Of a DNA stretch of 64,000 nt, positions 24,039 through 36,418 are shown one piece after another. The position numbers and the translations under genes are program-made. The notes under the pieces are model-generated. The model made no database searches. It had not been told where the DNA came from and saw only the letters and a program-made list of their open reading frames with translations. How positions within the stretch are numbered: position 1 is the stretch's first letter; every line of letters begins with the position of its first letter. Where the stretch lies: the NCBI GenBank assembly GCA_965250085.1, contig OZ252287.1:1088001-1152000 (forward strand). The letters run 5' to 3'. This DNA comes from Candidatus Altimarinota bacterium. GTDB taxonomy: Bacteria > Patescibacteriota > Gracilibacteria > CAIRYL01.

Positions 24039-25379
24039 CTATCTTAGCTTGTCTGTTAAATAATATTGGCGTTGCCGCCCTACTTTTTTTGAGCGGACGT
24101 ACTCCAATTTCTCAAGTGCGGTCAAATCCTTGTGAGCTGTAACTCTTGAAACATTATAAATAGTGCTATGTGTACTCATGGTTGTATATACACTCTCATT
24201 TTCTGCTAATAAATAATGCAATAATTGTTTTTGCCGATCATTCAATACTATATCCTTACTCACTCTCCTATCAATTTCCTTATTTTCAGAGACTTTTCTC
24301 TGTATATATTGGTCAAAATCCCTTACTGCTTGAATGATTTTTCGAATATGATAGTCATAAAAATAAGTTATGTCGCCATCGTCTTGTTCAGTGTATAAAT
24401 AGGCATTTCCATACTGCGCAGCAGATTTTTTTATAACCGTTGAGATCGGAAGATATGCAATCCCCCAATAATTTTTTCGAAGAAGATACCAATAAAATAA
24501 AGTTCTTGCTATCCTTCCATTTCCATCTGTAAATGGGTGTAAATACCCGATCCAAAAATGTAAGAAAACAGCTTTAATGAGTGGATGAGTGAAAGTATCT
24601 GCATCTTGATCATTTGCATAATCAATAAGACGCAGAAGTTCTTCACGCATAAAGGATTCAGTTGGTGCAATGTGAGCAATCATTTGCTTGTTTTCATCTA
24701 CGACAACTATTTCATCTTTATCAAGTCTAAATCTTCCTTGCTCTTTTTTTGGTATTTCAAGATCCTGATCTGTCAAAACATGGTGTAACTCTAAGAGTAA
24801 ATTCTCACTCAATTCTCTATCTTTAAAGTCGTCTTCAATAAGCTGCATTGCCTTGTAATTATTAATAATCATTCTTTCCCCTCTATTGGTAGGTTTTCTT
24901 TTTTCTAGAATCATTTTCCTCGCTGCTTTACGCGAAGTATTTGCACCCTCTAATTGGCTAGATGCTATGGCTTCTTCAATTAAGCCATTAGATAAGAATC
25001 TTTGTTTATTTTGATCTGAAAGCATGGAATATGGGGCAAAAATACCGCCACCTATCGCAGTATCAATTTTATGATGCCATTTGTCGCTATCAGGAAGTGA
25101 TAGAAAGGTAAACGGTTTACCATTTTCTTGGCGCAAAAAAGTGTTTCGTGAAAAAAGACTACGCATTTCTCGAGTTGCGACCCAAGACTCCTCAGGACTT
25201 AAACCTTTGGGCGGTACACGATGCTTGACTTTGTCCCAGTAAAGATACTTCGGGTCTACAGAATCAAAAAAATATTTACGCTGAATATGAGTATCAAGTG
25301 CTGAGAATTTCTGTAGAGCCCCCTTTCTATTCTTCGAACTAAGCTTCGGTTTTTCCAACTTAATTTTATTCATATTCAT
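24039..25379 (-). CDS. Fic family protein with C-terminal HTH
   Basis: HPFTDGNGRIAR Fic motif, ASSQLEGA, VSRVTAHKDL. Confidence 0.93.
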   Translation of the reverse strand: MNMNKIKLEKPKLSSKNRKGALQKFSALDTHIQRKYFFDSVDPKYLYWDKVKHRVPPKGLSPEESWVATREMRSLFSRNTFLRQENGKPFTFLSLPDSDKWHHKIDTAIGGGIFAPYSMLSDQNKQRFLSNGLIEEAIASSQLEGANTSRKAARKMILEKRKPTNRGERMIINNYKAMQLIEDDFKDRELSENLLLELHHVLTDQDLEIPKKEQGRFRLDKDEIVVVDENKQMIAHIAPTESFMREELLRLIDYANDQDADTFTHPLIKAVFLHFWIGYLHPFTDGNGRIARTLFYWYLLRKNYWGIAYLPISTVIKKSAAQYGNAYLYTEQDDGDITYFYDYHIRKIIQAVRDFDQYIQRKVSENKEIDRRVSKDIVLNDRQKQLLHYLLAENESVYTTMSTHSTIYNVSRVTAHKDLTALEKLEYVRSKKVGRQRQYYLTDKLR

Positions 25380-25461
25380 ATGTAAAGTGTTTACATAAAG
25401 TTTACATATTCTTTATATATTAATAAAATATATATGTAAAGTGTTTACATAAAGTTTACAT
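25378..25461. promoter_or_regulatory. Two perfect 30-bp direct repeats with internal palindromes upstream of fic (putative operator)
   Basis: ATATGTAAAGTGTTTACATAAAGTTTACAT at 25378-25407 and 25432-25461. Confidence 0.7.
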
Positions 25462-25501
25462 GTTCTTTGCATTTATCAATATTAAACATTAAAAAAATTA
25501 T

Positions 25502-26211
25502 GGCTCTAGAGTAGGAGATTTTAAAAATCTCTGATAATTTTGGACATTATAACAAAAATATCTTGATCTTTATAGTTCCATCGCCACTCACATTCTTTGA
25601 GGTGAAAGTTAAACTTGTGAGAAGCAATTCCGTTAAACTTAGAGAGTCTTCTTTTCGCAAAAGACCAAAAGGATTCAATACCATTTACATGACATTTTCC
25701 TCGTGCAAATTCATTTTCTGAGTGATGAATACGATAGTGATCATATCCATTGAGAATGAGTCCATCATAAGCTCTCCATCCATCAGTATGAATAGTTGAT
25801 CCTTCTAGTATTTTTCCTTGAATAATAGGTAGGAGCTCTTTTCTGGAGCAATCTTTTACAATAGAAACAAATACCCTTCCTTCTCTTTGAAGGATTCCAA
25901 AGACAGGAGTCTTTCCTGCGGCTCCTCTTCCTCTCTTTCCTCTCATTCTCTTTGCTCCAAAGTAACTTTCATCAAGTTCAAATTCTCCAAAACTCTTTGA
26001 CTGTGCTAAAGAGAACTTTGCAATCTTTTCTCTAAAAATATTAAAATATCGATCAACCGTTCTCCGATTGAGATCTAGAATATTTGCTGTTTTTGATGCA
26101 TTGAGATCTTCACAAAAACACTTCAATATTTTTTTGATCTTATAATTCGATATTTTACTGTGTTTAAGCATGTTAAGAGAATAATTGAAGTAATTATTCT
26201 ACTCAAGAGCC
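25502..26211 (-). mobile_element. IS1595-family insertion sequence (710 bp) with 8-bp target duplication
   Basis: Inverted repeats GGCTCTAGAGTAGGA / GGCTCTTGAGTAGAA; AAAATTAT at 25494-25501 and 26212-26219. Confidence 0.93.
25521..26171 (-). CDS. IS1595 (ISXO2-like) transposase
   Basis: ELDESYFG, RGRGAAGKTPVFG, TDGWRAYD, HVNGIESFWS. Confidence 0.93.
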   Translation of the reverse strand: MLKHSKISNYKIKKILKCFCEDLNASKTANILDLNRRTVDRYFNIFREKIAKFSLAQSKSFGEFELDESYFGAKRMRGKRGRGAAGKTPVFGILQREGRVFVSIVKDCSRKELLPIIQGKILEGSTIHTDGWRAYDGLILNGYDHYRIHHSENEFARGKCHVNGIESFWSFAKRRLSKFNGIASHKFNFHLKECEWRWNYKDQDIFVIMSKIIRDF

Positions 26212-26237
26212 AAAATTATATACAGAAAAAAGCCTTA

Positions 26238-26354
26238 TCTTGGCGACGACCTACTCTCCCAAGGGCAAGGCCCTAAGTACCATCGGCGCGGAAGGACTTA
26301 ACTACTGAGTTCGAGATGGGATCAGGTGTACCCCCTTCGCTATAGCCACCAAGA
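26238..26354 (-). rRNA. rrf: 5S rRNA
   Basis: Plus strand GGCGACGACCTACTCTCCC...AGTACCATCGGCGC...GTTCGAGATGGGATCAGGTG; terminal helix; ends approximate. Confidence 0.95.
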
Positions 26355-26577
26355 TAAGACCTTTTTCATGATTTTGAGTGAAGTGGTATGTCTTATCTCA
26401 CCGAAAAGAAAGCTATTCATGTATATTACAAACTTCTCTTAAAAAAGAGGTAATTAAGAAAAAAATTCTGTCTGCCACGACTCCAAGAATTGGATGAAAC
26501 GTCTGACAAGTCAGACATCTCAATGTATTCCTGGAGTATTTTTTCTAAGAATTTAAAAAATTCTTAGAAAAAAGCAG

Positions 26578-29807
<3,230 letters not shown>

Positions 29808-29903
29808 CTGCCTGTTTCATGACAGACAAAGTCTTTTTCTCATCAGTGCTCTTCTTATTGATGAAATTTGCAATATTTTATGATAACTTTCTTTATCCAG
29901 TGA

Positions 29904-30019
29904 TGTAAAAGATCAAGCTCAGAACTTTCTCTGAGCTCCTCAAAAGCCAAATATATGGCTTCTCAAAAGCTCCGAGAAATGAAGCTGACAGATTGTAAAG
30001 ATATGAAGGGGAAAGTCAA
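29904..30019 (-). promoter_or_regulatory. rRNA-type promoter plus boxB/boxA-like antitermination elements directly upstream of 23S
   Basis: TTGACT (30019-14), 16 bp, TACAAT (29997-92); hairpin at 29916-29937; TGATCTTTTACA (29915-04) resembles boxA TGCTCTTTAACA. Confidence 0.7.
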
Positions 30020-30230
30020 GGATTTTTCTTGAGTTTTTGCCCTTCGATTTACTGTCATTCACTCAGAGCACTCGACTCAATGTGAATAATAAATAGTTGC
30101 GGGCTTAGTGCGTGAGTAGTAATTGAATGGTGGACTCAGACTTTCAAAAGTAGAAACATTTTTGAAAGATCATTGGCATGAGTTTTTGAAGGAACTACAA
30201 AGATGGGATCTTCTTTTTGGGAACTGAATA

Positions 30231-30719
30231 TTATTTATAACTTTTAAAAATTTCCGAATAATTATCTTTATTTACCGTCTTTCCTGTTTCTATGTAATAT
30301 TTCAAACCAAAAAGATGTTTAACTAGAGCTTTTCCCAATTGACCTTTCATCAAATATTTCATAAAACCAGGAGAGAATGAAACAAAAGAAGTCATTCTTA
30401 CTTCTGTTTTTTTGTTTCCAATCGAAGACAATTCATAGGTAGCAGACATTTCTTTTATAAATGGGAGATTATGCTCGGTAACTATTACGGTAAAGCTATT
30501 ATTTTCATTTACTTCTGTGATTTTTTCGTCTAGAGATAACTTATCATCAAATTGGCAATGTCTCACACAATTTAATTCTCCATTCGAAGCTTTGTGCATG
30601 TAATGGGATGATTGCATGCCTGGATTATGTATATGAATATCTCCATATTGAACAAATAGCACCTCCCACGTTTTCTCTTTTGAGGCATGAATTACCTCTG
30701 TAAATTCTGATTTGTTCAT
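30231..30719 (-). CDS. SRPBCC (START-like/polyketide cyclase) family protein
   Basis: IHASKEKTWEVL...YGDI...NP, VRHC, EKITE. Confidence 0.75.
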   Translation of the reverse strand: MNKSEFTEVIHASKEKTWEVLFVQYGDIHIHNPGMQSSHYMHKASNGELNCVRHCQFDDKLSLDEKITEVNENNSFTVIVTEHNLPFIKEMSATYELSSIGNKKTEVRMTSFVSFSPGFMKYLMKGQLGKALVKHLFGLKYYIETGKTVNKDNYSEIFKSYK

Positions 30720-30754
30720 ATGTTTTAAATTAAAGTGTATCCTTAATTTTCAAG

Positions 30755-30831
30755 TGGTGGAGCATATCGGAGTCGAACCGATGACCTCCTGCGTGCAAGG
30801 CAGGCGCTCTAGCCAGCTGAGCTAATGCCCC
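30755..30831 (-). tRNA. tRNA-Ala (TGC)
   Basis: GGGGCATTAGCTCAGCTGGCTAGAGCGCCTGCCTTGCACGCAGGAGGTCATCGGTTCGACTCCGATATGCTCCACCA. Confidence 0.97.
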
Positions 30832-30925
30832 AGAAAAGAGTTATCAGGTAGAAAGTTATAAAGTTCCAAGGTTAAAAATCCAATGCCGGAAAAGTGTATG
30901 AAAAAAAGAGATAAGTGGCAAGAAA

Positions 30926-32071
30926 TTATATTTTATATTCGCATGGAAACCTTGAAAGTATTTTATTTTTCTTCTTCTGCACGAGCACCACATCTTCTAT
31001 TCGAATTCCAAATTTCTCTGGAAAATACAGCCCTGGTTCTACTGTTATCACCATGTTTTCTTTGAGTACCTCCTTTGACTTTTGACTGAGTGATGGCGAT
31101 TCATGGATTTGAAGTCCTACTCCATGCCCCAGAGAGTGAATGAAATATTTTTCTTGTTTGCCAAATATTTTTCTCACTTCTGAGTCTATCTTGGCACATG
31201 TATTTCCACTAATAGCGAGTTCGATTCCTTTTTGTTGAGCTTTTTGCACGAGGTCAAATGCATTTTGCCACTCTGCATTTGGAGATCCGTAGAAAAAACA
31301 TCGTGTCATATCTGAGCAGTATTTTTTGTATGTCACTCCAGCATCAATAAGCACTGGCATATTCTTTTTTAGTTTCATAGCGCCACTGTGATGATGGGGG
31401 ATTGCGGAGTTCTTCCCAAAAGCAATAATAGGCGGAAAAGAGAGTCCTTCTGCTCCCAGTTTTTCCCGTGCAATACGTTCAAAAATCCAGGCAATTTCTT
31501 TTTCTGTAACTCCTGTTTTGAGATAGGGAAGTATTTTTTTAAATGCTCTGTCATTTATCTTCGCAGATTTTTCTAGAGAGCGTATTTCGCCAAGCTCCTT
31601 TTGCAACCTCAGTTTCTCCACGATATTTTCCATCGGTCTTAGGGAAACCCCTCGACCAAATGCTTTCTTCATTTTCTTCAGATGAGCCACGGAAATATGC
31701 TCAGCTTCGAATCCAAGTGAAGCAATTTTGAGATGTACACAAAGCTTTTTCCAAAAATCTTTTGATTGACCTAATACTACAAAAGAAATCCCCATCTTTC
31801 CTCCTTTGTCAAAGGGGGAGGGATCTTTTCTTCCCCTCTTTGCTAAAGAGGGGCTAGGGGAGATTTTTTGAATAACCTTCTTTGCTACTTCTGCATACCG
31901 CCCGTCGCTGATAAGCACTACTTTTTTTCTCGTAACGATGAGCCTTCCATATGTTCCCCAAAAACCGGTGAGGTATCCAATATTTGTCATGTCGGAAATA
32001 AGAACTCCATTTATTTGAGGACGAAAGGTTTTTTGAAAAATTATTTTTTGAAAGTTTTGAATTCTTGTCAT
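30926..32071 (-). CDS. Xaa-Pro aminopeptidase (M24) with an in-frame repeat insertion
   Basis: YLTGF, DGRY, SAIPH, DAG...YCSDMTR, HSLGHGVGLQIHE, TVEPGLY, GIRIED. Confidence 0.93.
   Translation of the reverse strand: MTRIQNFQKIIFQKTFRPQINGVLISDMTNIGYLTGFWGTYGRLIVTRKKVVLISDGRYAEVAKKVIQKISPSPSLAKRGRKDPSPFDKGGKMGISFVVLGQSKDFWKKLCVHLKIASLGFEAEHISVAHLKKMKKAFGRGVSLRPMENIVEKLRLQKELGEIRSLEKSAKINDRAFKKILPYLKTGVTEKEIAWIFERIAREKLGAEGLSFPPIIAFGKNSAIPHHHSGAMKLKKNMPVLIDAGVTYKKYCSDMTRCFFYGSPNAEWQNAFDLVQKAQQKGIELAISGNTCAKIDSEVRKIFGKQEKYFIHSLGHGVGLQIHESPSLSQKSKEVLKENMVITVEPGLYFPEKFGIRIEDVVLVQKKKNKILSRFPCEYKI
31786..31868. repeat. REP-like family A doublet inside the peptidase CDS
   Basis: Reverse complement AAAATCTCCCCTAGCCCCTCTTTAGCAAAGAGGGGAA...ATCCCTCCCCCTTTGACAAAGGAGG...GGGGATTT aligns with the intergenic copy at 37856-37938. 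Confidence 0.85.
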
Positions 32072-32091
32072 ACAAAAAAATATCGAACCTT

Positions 32092-32143
32092 GTAGGGGTG
32101 AGTTTTAAACTCACCCGAGGACAGATTATAAACCTGTCCCTAC
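32092..32143. repeat. GTAG-type REP doublet (REPIN-like)
   Basis: GTAGGGGTGAG-TTTTAAA-CTCACCC ... GGACAG-ATTATAAAC-CTGTCCCTAC. Confidence 0.7.
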
Positions 32144-32154
32144 GAATGAAAAAT

Positions 32155-32499
32155 CTATGCTTTGTTCAGATCTACTCTTCCTCCTCCCAAGAGATGGAGA
32201 TGCACATGAAATACTACCTGCCCTCCATCCTTTCCGACATTAAAGAGGAGTTTGTATCCTTCAAGCCCTTTTTCAGCGGCAATATTTTTGGCAGTCATAA
32301 TGAGCCTTCCCATCAGAGACAGATCTTCATCGCTCGCATCCATCACTGTCGGAATTGGTTTTTTGGGAATGATCAAAATATGTACTGGCGCCTTGGGTGC
32401 AATATCCTGAATGGCAATCACCTCGTCATCTTCATATTCAATCATCGCCGGAATTTCCCGATCGATTATTTTTTGAAAGATCGTTTTTTCTTCAGTCAT
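32155..32499 (-). CDS. hinT: Histidine triad (HIT) nucleotide-binding protein
   Basis: TIFQKII, DIAPKAPVHILIIPK, GQVVFHVHLHLLGG. Confidence 0.93.
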   Translation of the reverse strand: MTEEKTIFQKIIDREIPAMIEYEDDEVIAIQDIAPKAPVHILIIPKKPIPTVMDASDEDLSLMGRLIMTAKNIAAEKGLEGYKLLFNVGKDGGQVVFHVHLHLLGGGRVDLNKA

Positions 32500-32599
32500 G
32501 AAATAATATTGAAAACGAAAGAATTATACGCTTTTTCAAGAATTGATGAATTCAATTTCTTCTTTCATTTGGCATTGTTCATTTGTAATTCGTAATTGA

Positions 32600-33724
32600 T
32601 TATGCACTCGTTTTAAAAAGACATACTTCTCCATCCTGCATTATATATTCTTTGCCTTCACTACGCACGAGACCTTTTTCACGACAATGGGTCCAGCCTT
32701 TATGTTCTACAAAATCCTTCCATCCTGTTACATCAGCTTTAATGAAATGTTTTTCAAAGTCAGTATGAATGATGCCAGCGCACTGAGGGACCGTAGATCC
32801 TTTTTTGAATGTCCACGATCGCGCTTCTTTTTCACCAGCAGTGAAATAACTTTGCAATCCAAGAAGTTCATACGCGCTGCGGATCACCGAAGCAAGTCCG
32901 CTTTGTTTTCCTCCAGAGGCGGATCCACCTTCGGCGGACATTCCGAGGCTCTCTAAATACTCTGTTGCTTCTTCATCAGAAAAACTCACGAGGTCCGCTT
33001 CTATTTTTGCCGAAATCGGAATCAGAATTTCGTCTGCACCTACTCCTGCTTTTTGCTTTGCCGCACGTATATCAAAGCTCGATATCTCTGTTTCGCTTAC
33101 ATTGGCAAGAAAGAGGAATGGCTTTGTGGTCAGGAGATGTAGTTCCCTGAGAAGTGGCAATTCATCTTCTGTGAATTCTAGTGAACTCGCCCTGTCACCA
33201 TTTTGCAATGCCTGTTCAATACGCTGACACATTTCATATTTGAGAGCGGCTGTTTTATCCCCGCTCTTTTTTTCTTTCCCGAGACGCTGAATATTTTTTC
33301 CCACTGTCTGGAGGTCAGCCAAAATAAGTTCGGTCACAATCACCTCCATATCACTTTTGGGATCAACATTTCCGTGTACATGATGGACATCAGTATCTTC
33401 AAAAAACCTGAGGACCATAGCGATCGCATTGCATTCGCCAATATGATGAAGGAACTGATTTCCGAGACCTTCTCCTTTGGATGCTCCTTTGACAAGTCCT
33501 GCAATATCTACAAATTCAACGACAGAAGGAATCACCTTTTGAGGACTTACGACTTTTGCAATCTTCTCCAGTCTCTCATCCGGTACATTCACTATTCCCA
33601 CATTGGGATCAATGGTACAGAATGGAAAATTTTCTGCCGCGGCAGATTCTGACTTGGTAAGCGCATTAAAAAGGGTGGATTTTCCCACATTTGGCAGACC
33701 AACAATTCCAATTTGAAGCCCCAT
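32600..33724 (-). CDS. ychF: Redox-regulated ATPase YchF with a 10-aa repeat-derived insertion
   Basis: GLPNVGKSTLFNALT, FPFCTIDPN, DIAGLVKGASKGEGLGN, AGIIHTDF. Confidence 0.97.
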   Translation of the reverse strand: MGLQIGIVGLPNVGKSTLFNALTKSESAAAENFPFCTIDPNVGIVNVPDERLEKIAKVVSPQKVIPSVVEFVDIAGLVKGASKGEGLGNQFLHHIGECNAIAMVLRFFEDTDVHHVHGNVDPKSDMEVIVTELILADLQTVGKNIQRLGKEKKSGDKTAALKYEMCQRIEQALQNGDRASSLEFTEDELPLLRELHLLTTKPFLFLANVSETEISSFDIRAAKQKAGVGADEILIPISAKIEADLVSFSDEEATEYLESLGMSAEGGSASGGKQSGLASVIRSAYELLGLQSYFTAGEKEARSWTFKKGSTVPQCAGIIHTDFEKHFIKADVTGWKDFVEHKGWTHCREKGLVRSEGKEYIMQDGEVCLFKTSA

Positions 33725-33780
33725 AGGAAAATTTACACATCAAAAAAGCACGCGACATGATACAGGATTTTATTTTTATG

Positions 33781-34290
33781 TCACAAATCTGATCTTCCCT
33801 TCAGGAGAAGAGTTTTCAAGGCGCGCCGAAAAGAGTACCTCCCTTCTTCTATAGCCTCTTTACATTCTGTGCTCATGCCAGGAGAAACGACTCCTTCGCC
33901 CTCTATTGGCTGGAATTCTGTACTTGAGGCTCCTTTGCCAGACTCAGGAAAAGATCGACAAGATATCACATTTCCTTCGGCGTCTGTTCTGGTAAGTTGT
34001 ATGTTTCCCATGATGCCTCTCCAGTCTTCTAGTCGTAGCATTCTTCCGTCACCTGAACATTCTATGCCAAGTGGAGATCCATCCTCCAAAGATAAGCTGC
34101 TACAAGCTATGCCATCCTCCCACTCTTCTTCTGCTACCCGTAATCCTCTTTGAGCACTGACATTAATAGCATTTGCGATTTCTGCAAGCTCTTTTAATCC
34201 CTTTTCTGGAGAACTAGCTTTTATTGGAACAGGTGCAAGTAATGCAAGAGACGCAGCCAGTACTGAAAGCCTAGAAGATGATTTTTTCAT
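33781..34290 (-). CDS. Hypothetical secreted protein
   Basis: Signal-peptide-like N-terminus (MKKSSSRLSVLAASLALLAP), four Cys. Confidence 0.6.
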   Translation of the reverse strand: MKKSSSRLSVLAASLALLAPVPIKASSPEKGLKELAEIANAINVSAQRGLRVAEEEWEDGIACSSLSLEDGSPLGIECSGDGRMLRLEDWRGIMGNIQLTRTDAEGNVISCRSFPESGKGASSTEFQPIEGEGVVSPGMSTECKEAIEEGRYSFRRALKTLLLKGRSDL

Positions 34291-34389
34291 GACCACAACT
34301 ATAAATGTGAATTTCTTGCATTCTATCACTTTTCTTTAAAAAGACAATATCTTGTCAGAGCGCAAAAAAATAAGGATAATTATCAGGCA

Positions 34390-34803
34390 ATGCAAATTAT
34401 CCAAGTTCATACTGAAGCGCAGAAGCAATTCATAAATATTTCTTCCCAACTCCAGAATCTTGTTTCCAAAGAAGGATGGCGGGATGGAGTATTGACCGTA
34501 TATGTGCCGCATACGACTGCAGGAGTAACGATTAACGAAAAGGCGGATCCAGATGTGCCACGCGATATCTTTCAGCATGTGCAAAAACTGGTTCCACGAG
34601 AGGCTGATTTTGCTCATGGAGAAGGAAATTCCGACGCGCATATTCTGAGTTCATTTTTTGGTTCCAGTCAGCAAGTGATTGTAGAAAACGGGAAACTTCA
34701 ATTTGGCACCTGGCAAAGTGTTTTCTTTTGTGAATTTGATGGACCCAGAAAACGTAATGTTTGGCTGGAATTTACTCCAGCTGTAAATACAACAGCATCT
34801 TGA
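34390..34803 (+). CDS. yjbQ: YjbQ/UPF0047 family protein
   Basis: PHTTAGVTINE..DPDV, HGEGNSDAHI, GTWQ..FFCEFDGPR. Confidence 0.92.
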   Translation: MQIIQVHTEAQKQFINISSQLQNLVSKEGWRDGVLTVYVPHTTAGVTINEKADPDVPRDIFQHVQKLVPREADFAHGEGNSDAHILSSFFGSSQQVIVENGKLQFGTWQSVFFCEFDGPRKRNVWLEFTPAVNTTAS

Positions 34804-34918
34804 ACTTTTAACTTTTAATTTTAAATTTTGAATTTTAAATTTTTAAACAAATTCCAATTTCTTAATTTTTTAAACTCCTCACTCTCATCTCCCCGTTCCT
34901 GACTCAAGTGGTTTTCTC

Positions 34919-34946
34919 TTGACTTTCATCCTGCAATCTCTACAAT
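34919..34946 (+). promoter_or_regulatory. sigma70-like promoter of rpsP
   Basis: TTGACT-16-TACAAT. Confidence 0.6.
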
Positions 34947-34989
34947 CTTTTGGCTTTTTTGATTTACACTTTTTTACCGGAATAATTTC

Positions 34990-35664
34990 GTGCTAAAAAT
35001 TCGATTACAACGAGCCGGAAGGCGAAAAAGACCATTTTATCGTATTGTTGTTGCAGAACATGCTCGCCCTGTAAAAGGGAAGTTTGTGGAGATTTTGGGT
35101 CACTACAATCCACTTGTGGAGCCTAAAATTTTGGAGTTCAAGCAGGATCGAATCGAGTATTGGATCTCTGTGGGGGCACAGCCATCACAGACGATGGCAC
35201 GGATGCTGGTAAAAAGTGGAGTCGCGGCGGCAGAAAAATTTGTTGAAGAGCGATTTATGAAGCCAACACGAGCAGAAAAAGAAAAAATGGATAAAGAAAA
35301 AGCTCAAAAGGAAGGGAAAGAAGAGCCTGAAGCAGTGGCACCTGATGGTGAAAAATCGGAAGACAAGCCAACTGAGGAAGCAGCGAAAGATACACCTGCG
35401 GAAGAAAAAACTGCAGACAAGACAGGGAAAAAAGCACCTTCTACTGAAGCTGCGGAAGAAAAATCATCTGACGAAAAGGATGACAAAGGTGAAGAAAAGA
35501 AAGAATCAGTGGACACCAAAGATGCAGAAAAAGGTGCCCAAGAAAAGGATGCAGAAAATATGAAAGAGAAAAAAGAAGAGTCACCCGATAGCACTTCCGT
35601 TGACAAAACTCAGGAGGAACAAAGTGAATCTTCTGAAAAAAAGGATTCAAAGGAAGAAGCATAA
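34990..35664 (+). CDS. rpsP: 30S ribosomal protein S16 with long charged C-terminal tail
   Basis: KIRLQRAGRRKRPFYRIVVA, GHYNP, WISVGAQPS; about 130-aa E/K/D/S/A tail. Confidence 0.95.
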   Translation: MLKIRLQRAGRRKRPFYRIVVAEHARPVKGKFVEILGHYNPLVEPKILEFKQDRIEYWISVGAQPSQTMARMLVKSGVAAAEKFVEERFMKPTRAEKEKMDKEKAQKEGKEEPEAVAPDGEKSEDKPTEEAAKDTPAEEKTADKTGKKAPSTEAAEEKSSDEKDDKGEEKKESVDTKDAEKGAQEKDAENMKEKKEESPDSTSVDKTQEEQSESSEKKDSKEEA

Positions 35665-35709
35665 ACTCTTTTACCTTCTAGACTTTTAACTTTTTAATCA
35701 AAGTTTCCC

Positions 35710-35967
35710 ATGTCTGAATTTACAGAGCTTAATTTTTTAGAGCTTGTTCTCAGAGACCTTCTGGATGAGCCAGATCTTATGGAGCTGAAGAGAACAGAAG
35801 ATGATCTTGGCGTGTTACTCGAAGTGAAAGTTTCTGAAGGAGATATGGGGAAACTCATAGGAAAGGGAGGGCAGACCGTTAAAGCATTGCGAATACTCCT
35901 AAGACTCATTGGTGCCAAGCAAAACAAGAGAATCAATCTCAAAGTGCTAGACCCAGAGGCACAATAA
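35710..35967 (+). CDS. khpA: KH domain RNA-binding protein (KhpA/YlqC)
   Basis: DMGKLIGKGGQTVKALR; follows rpsP. Confidence 0.88.
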   Translation: MSEFTELNFLELVLRDLLDEPDLMELKRTEDDLGVLLEVKVSEGDMGKLIGKGGQTVKALRILLRLIGAKQNKRINLKVLDPEAQ

Positions 35968-35988
35968 GTTTTATAATTTATTTTGATT

Positions 35989-36357
35989 ATGGTCACAGAA
36001 CTTACCGCCGTCGGAGATGAAGTGAATTTTGTTCAAATTGCGAATATGTTTGTAGCATTGGCGATCATTGTCGCTGGAGCCCTTTCAGTCATTTACATTT
36101 TTATTGGCGGGATTTCTTTTATTCTTTCTGCGGGGCAAGAAGACAAGATCAAGAGCGCTGTACACACCATTCGATATGCAGTCATAGGACTCATTGTTAC
36201 GATTTTTGCAATTGTTGCCGTACAAATTATCGGACGGCTGTTTGGATTTGACCTTATCCCATATTTGAGTTGGGATGGGATGAAAGACATGACGTCTGTG
36301 ATTTTTGATCGACTCTTGGGACCTGGTGGAAATACTTCTGGTGGAGGATTTCAGTAA
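35989..36357 (+). CDS. CPR-type pilin (TrbC/VirB2-like)
   Basis: IYIFIGGISFILSAG.EDKIKSA..TI.YAVIGL two-TM pattern. Confidence 0.8.
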   Translation: MVTELTAVGDEVNFVQIANMFVALAIIVAGALSVIYIFIGGISFILSAGQEDKIKSAVHTIRYAVIGLIVTIFAIVAVQIIGRLFGFDLIPYLSWDGMKDMTSVIFDRLLGPGGNTSGGGFQ

Positions 36358-36418
36358 TCAATTACGAATTACAAATTACAAGTTACGAATGAAATAAGTC
36401 GTCTTTTGTTGGACCTTT

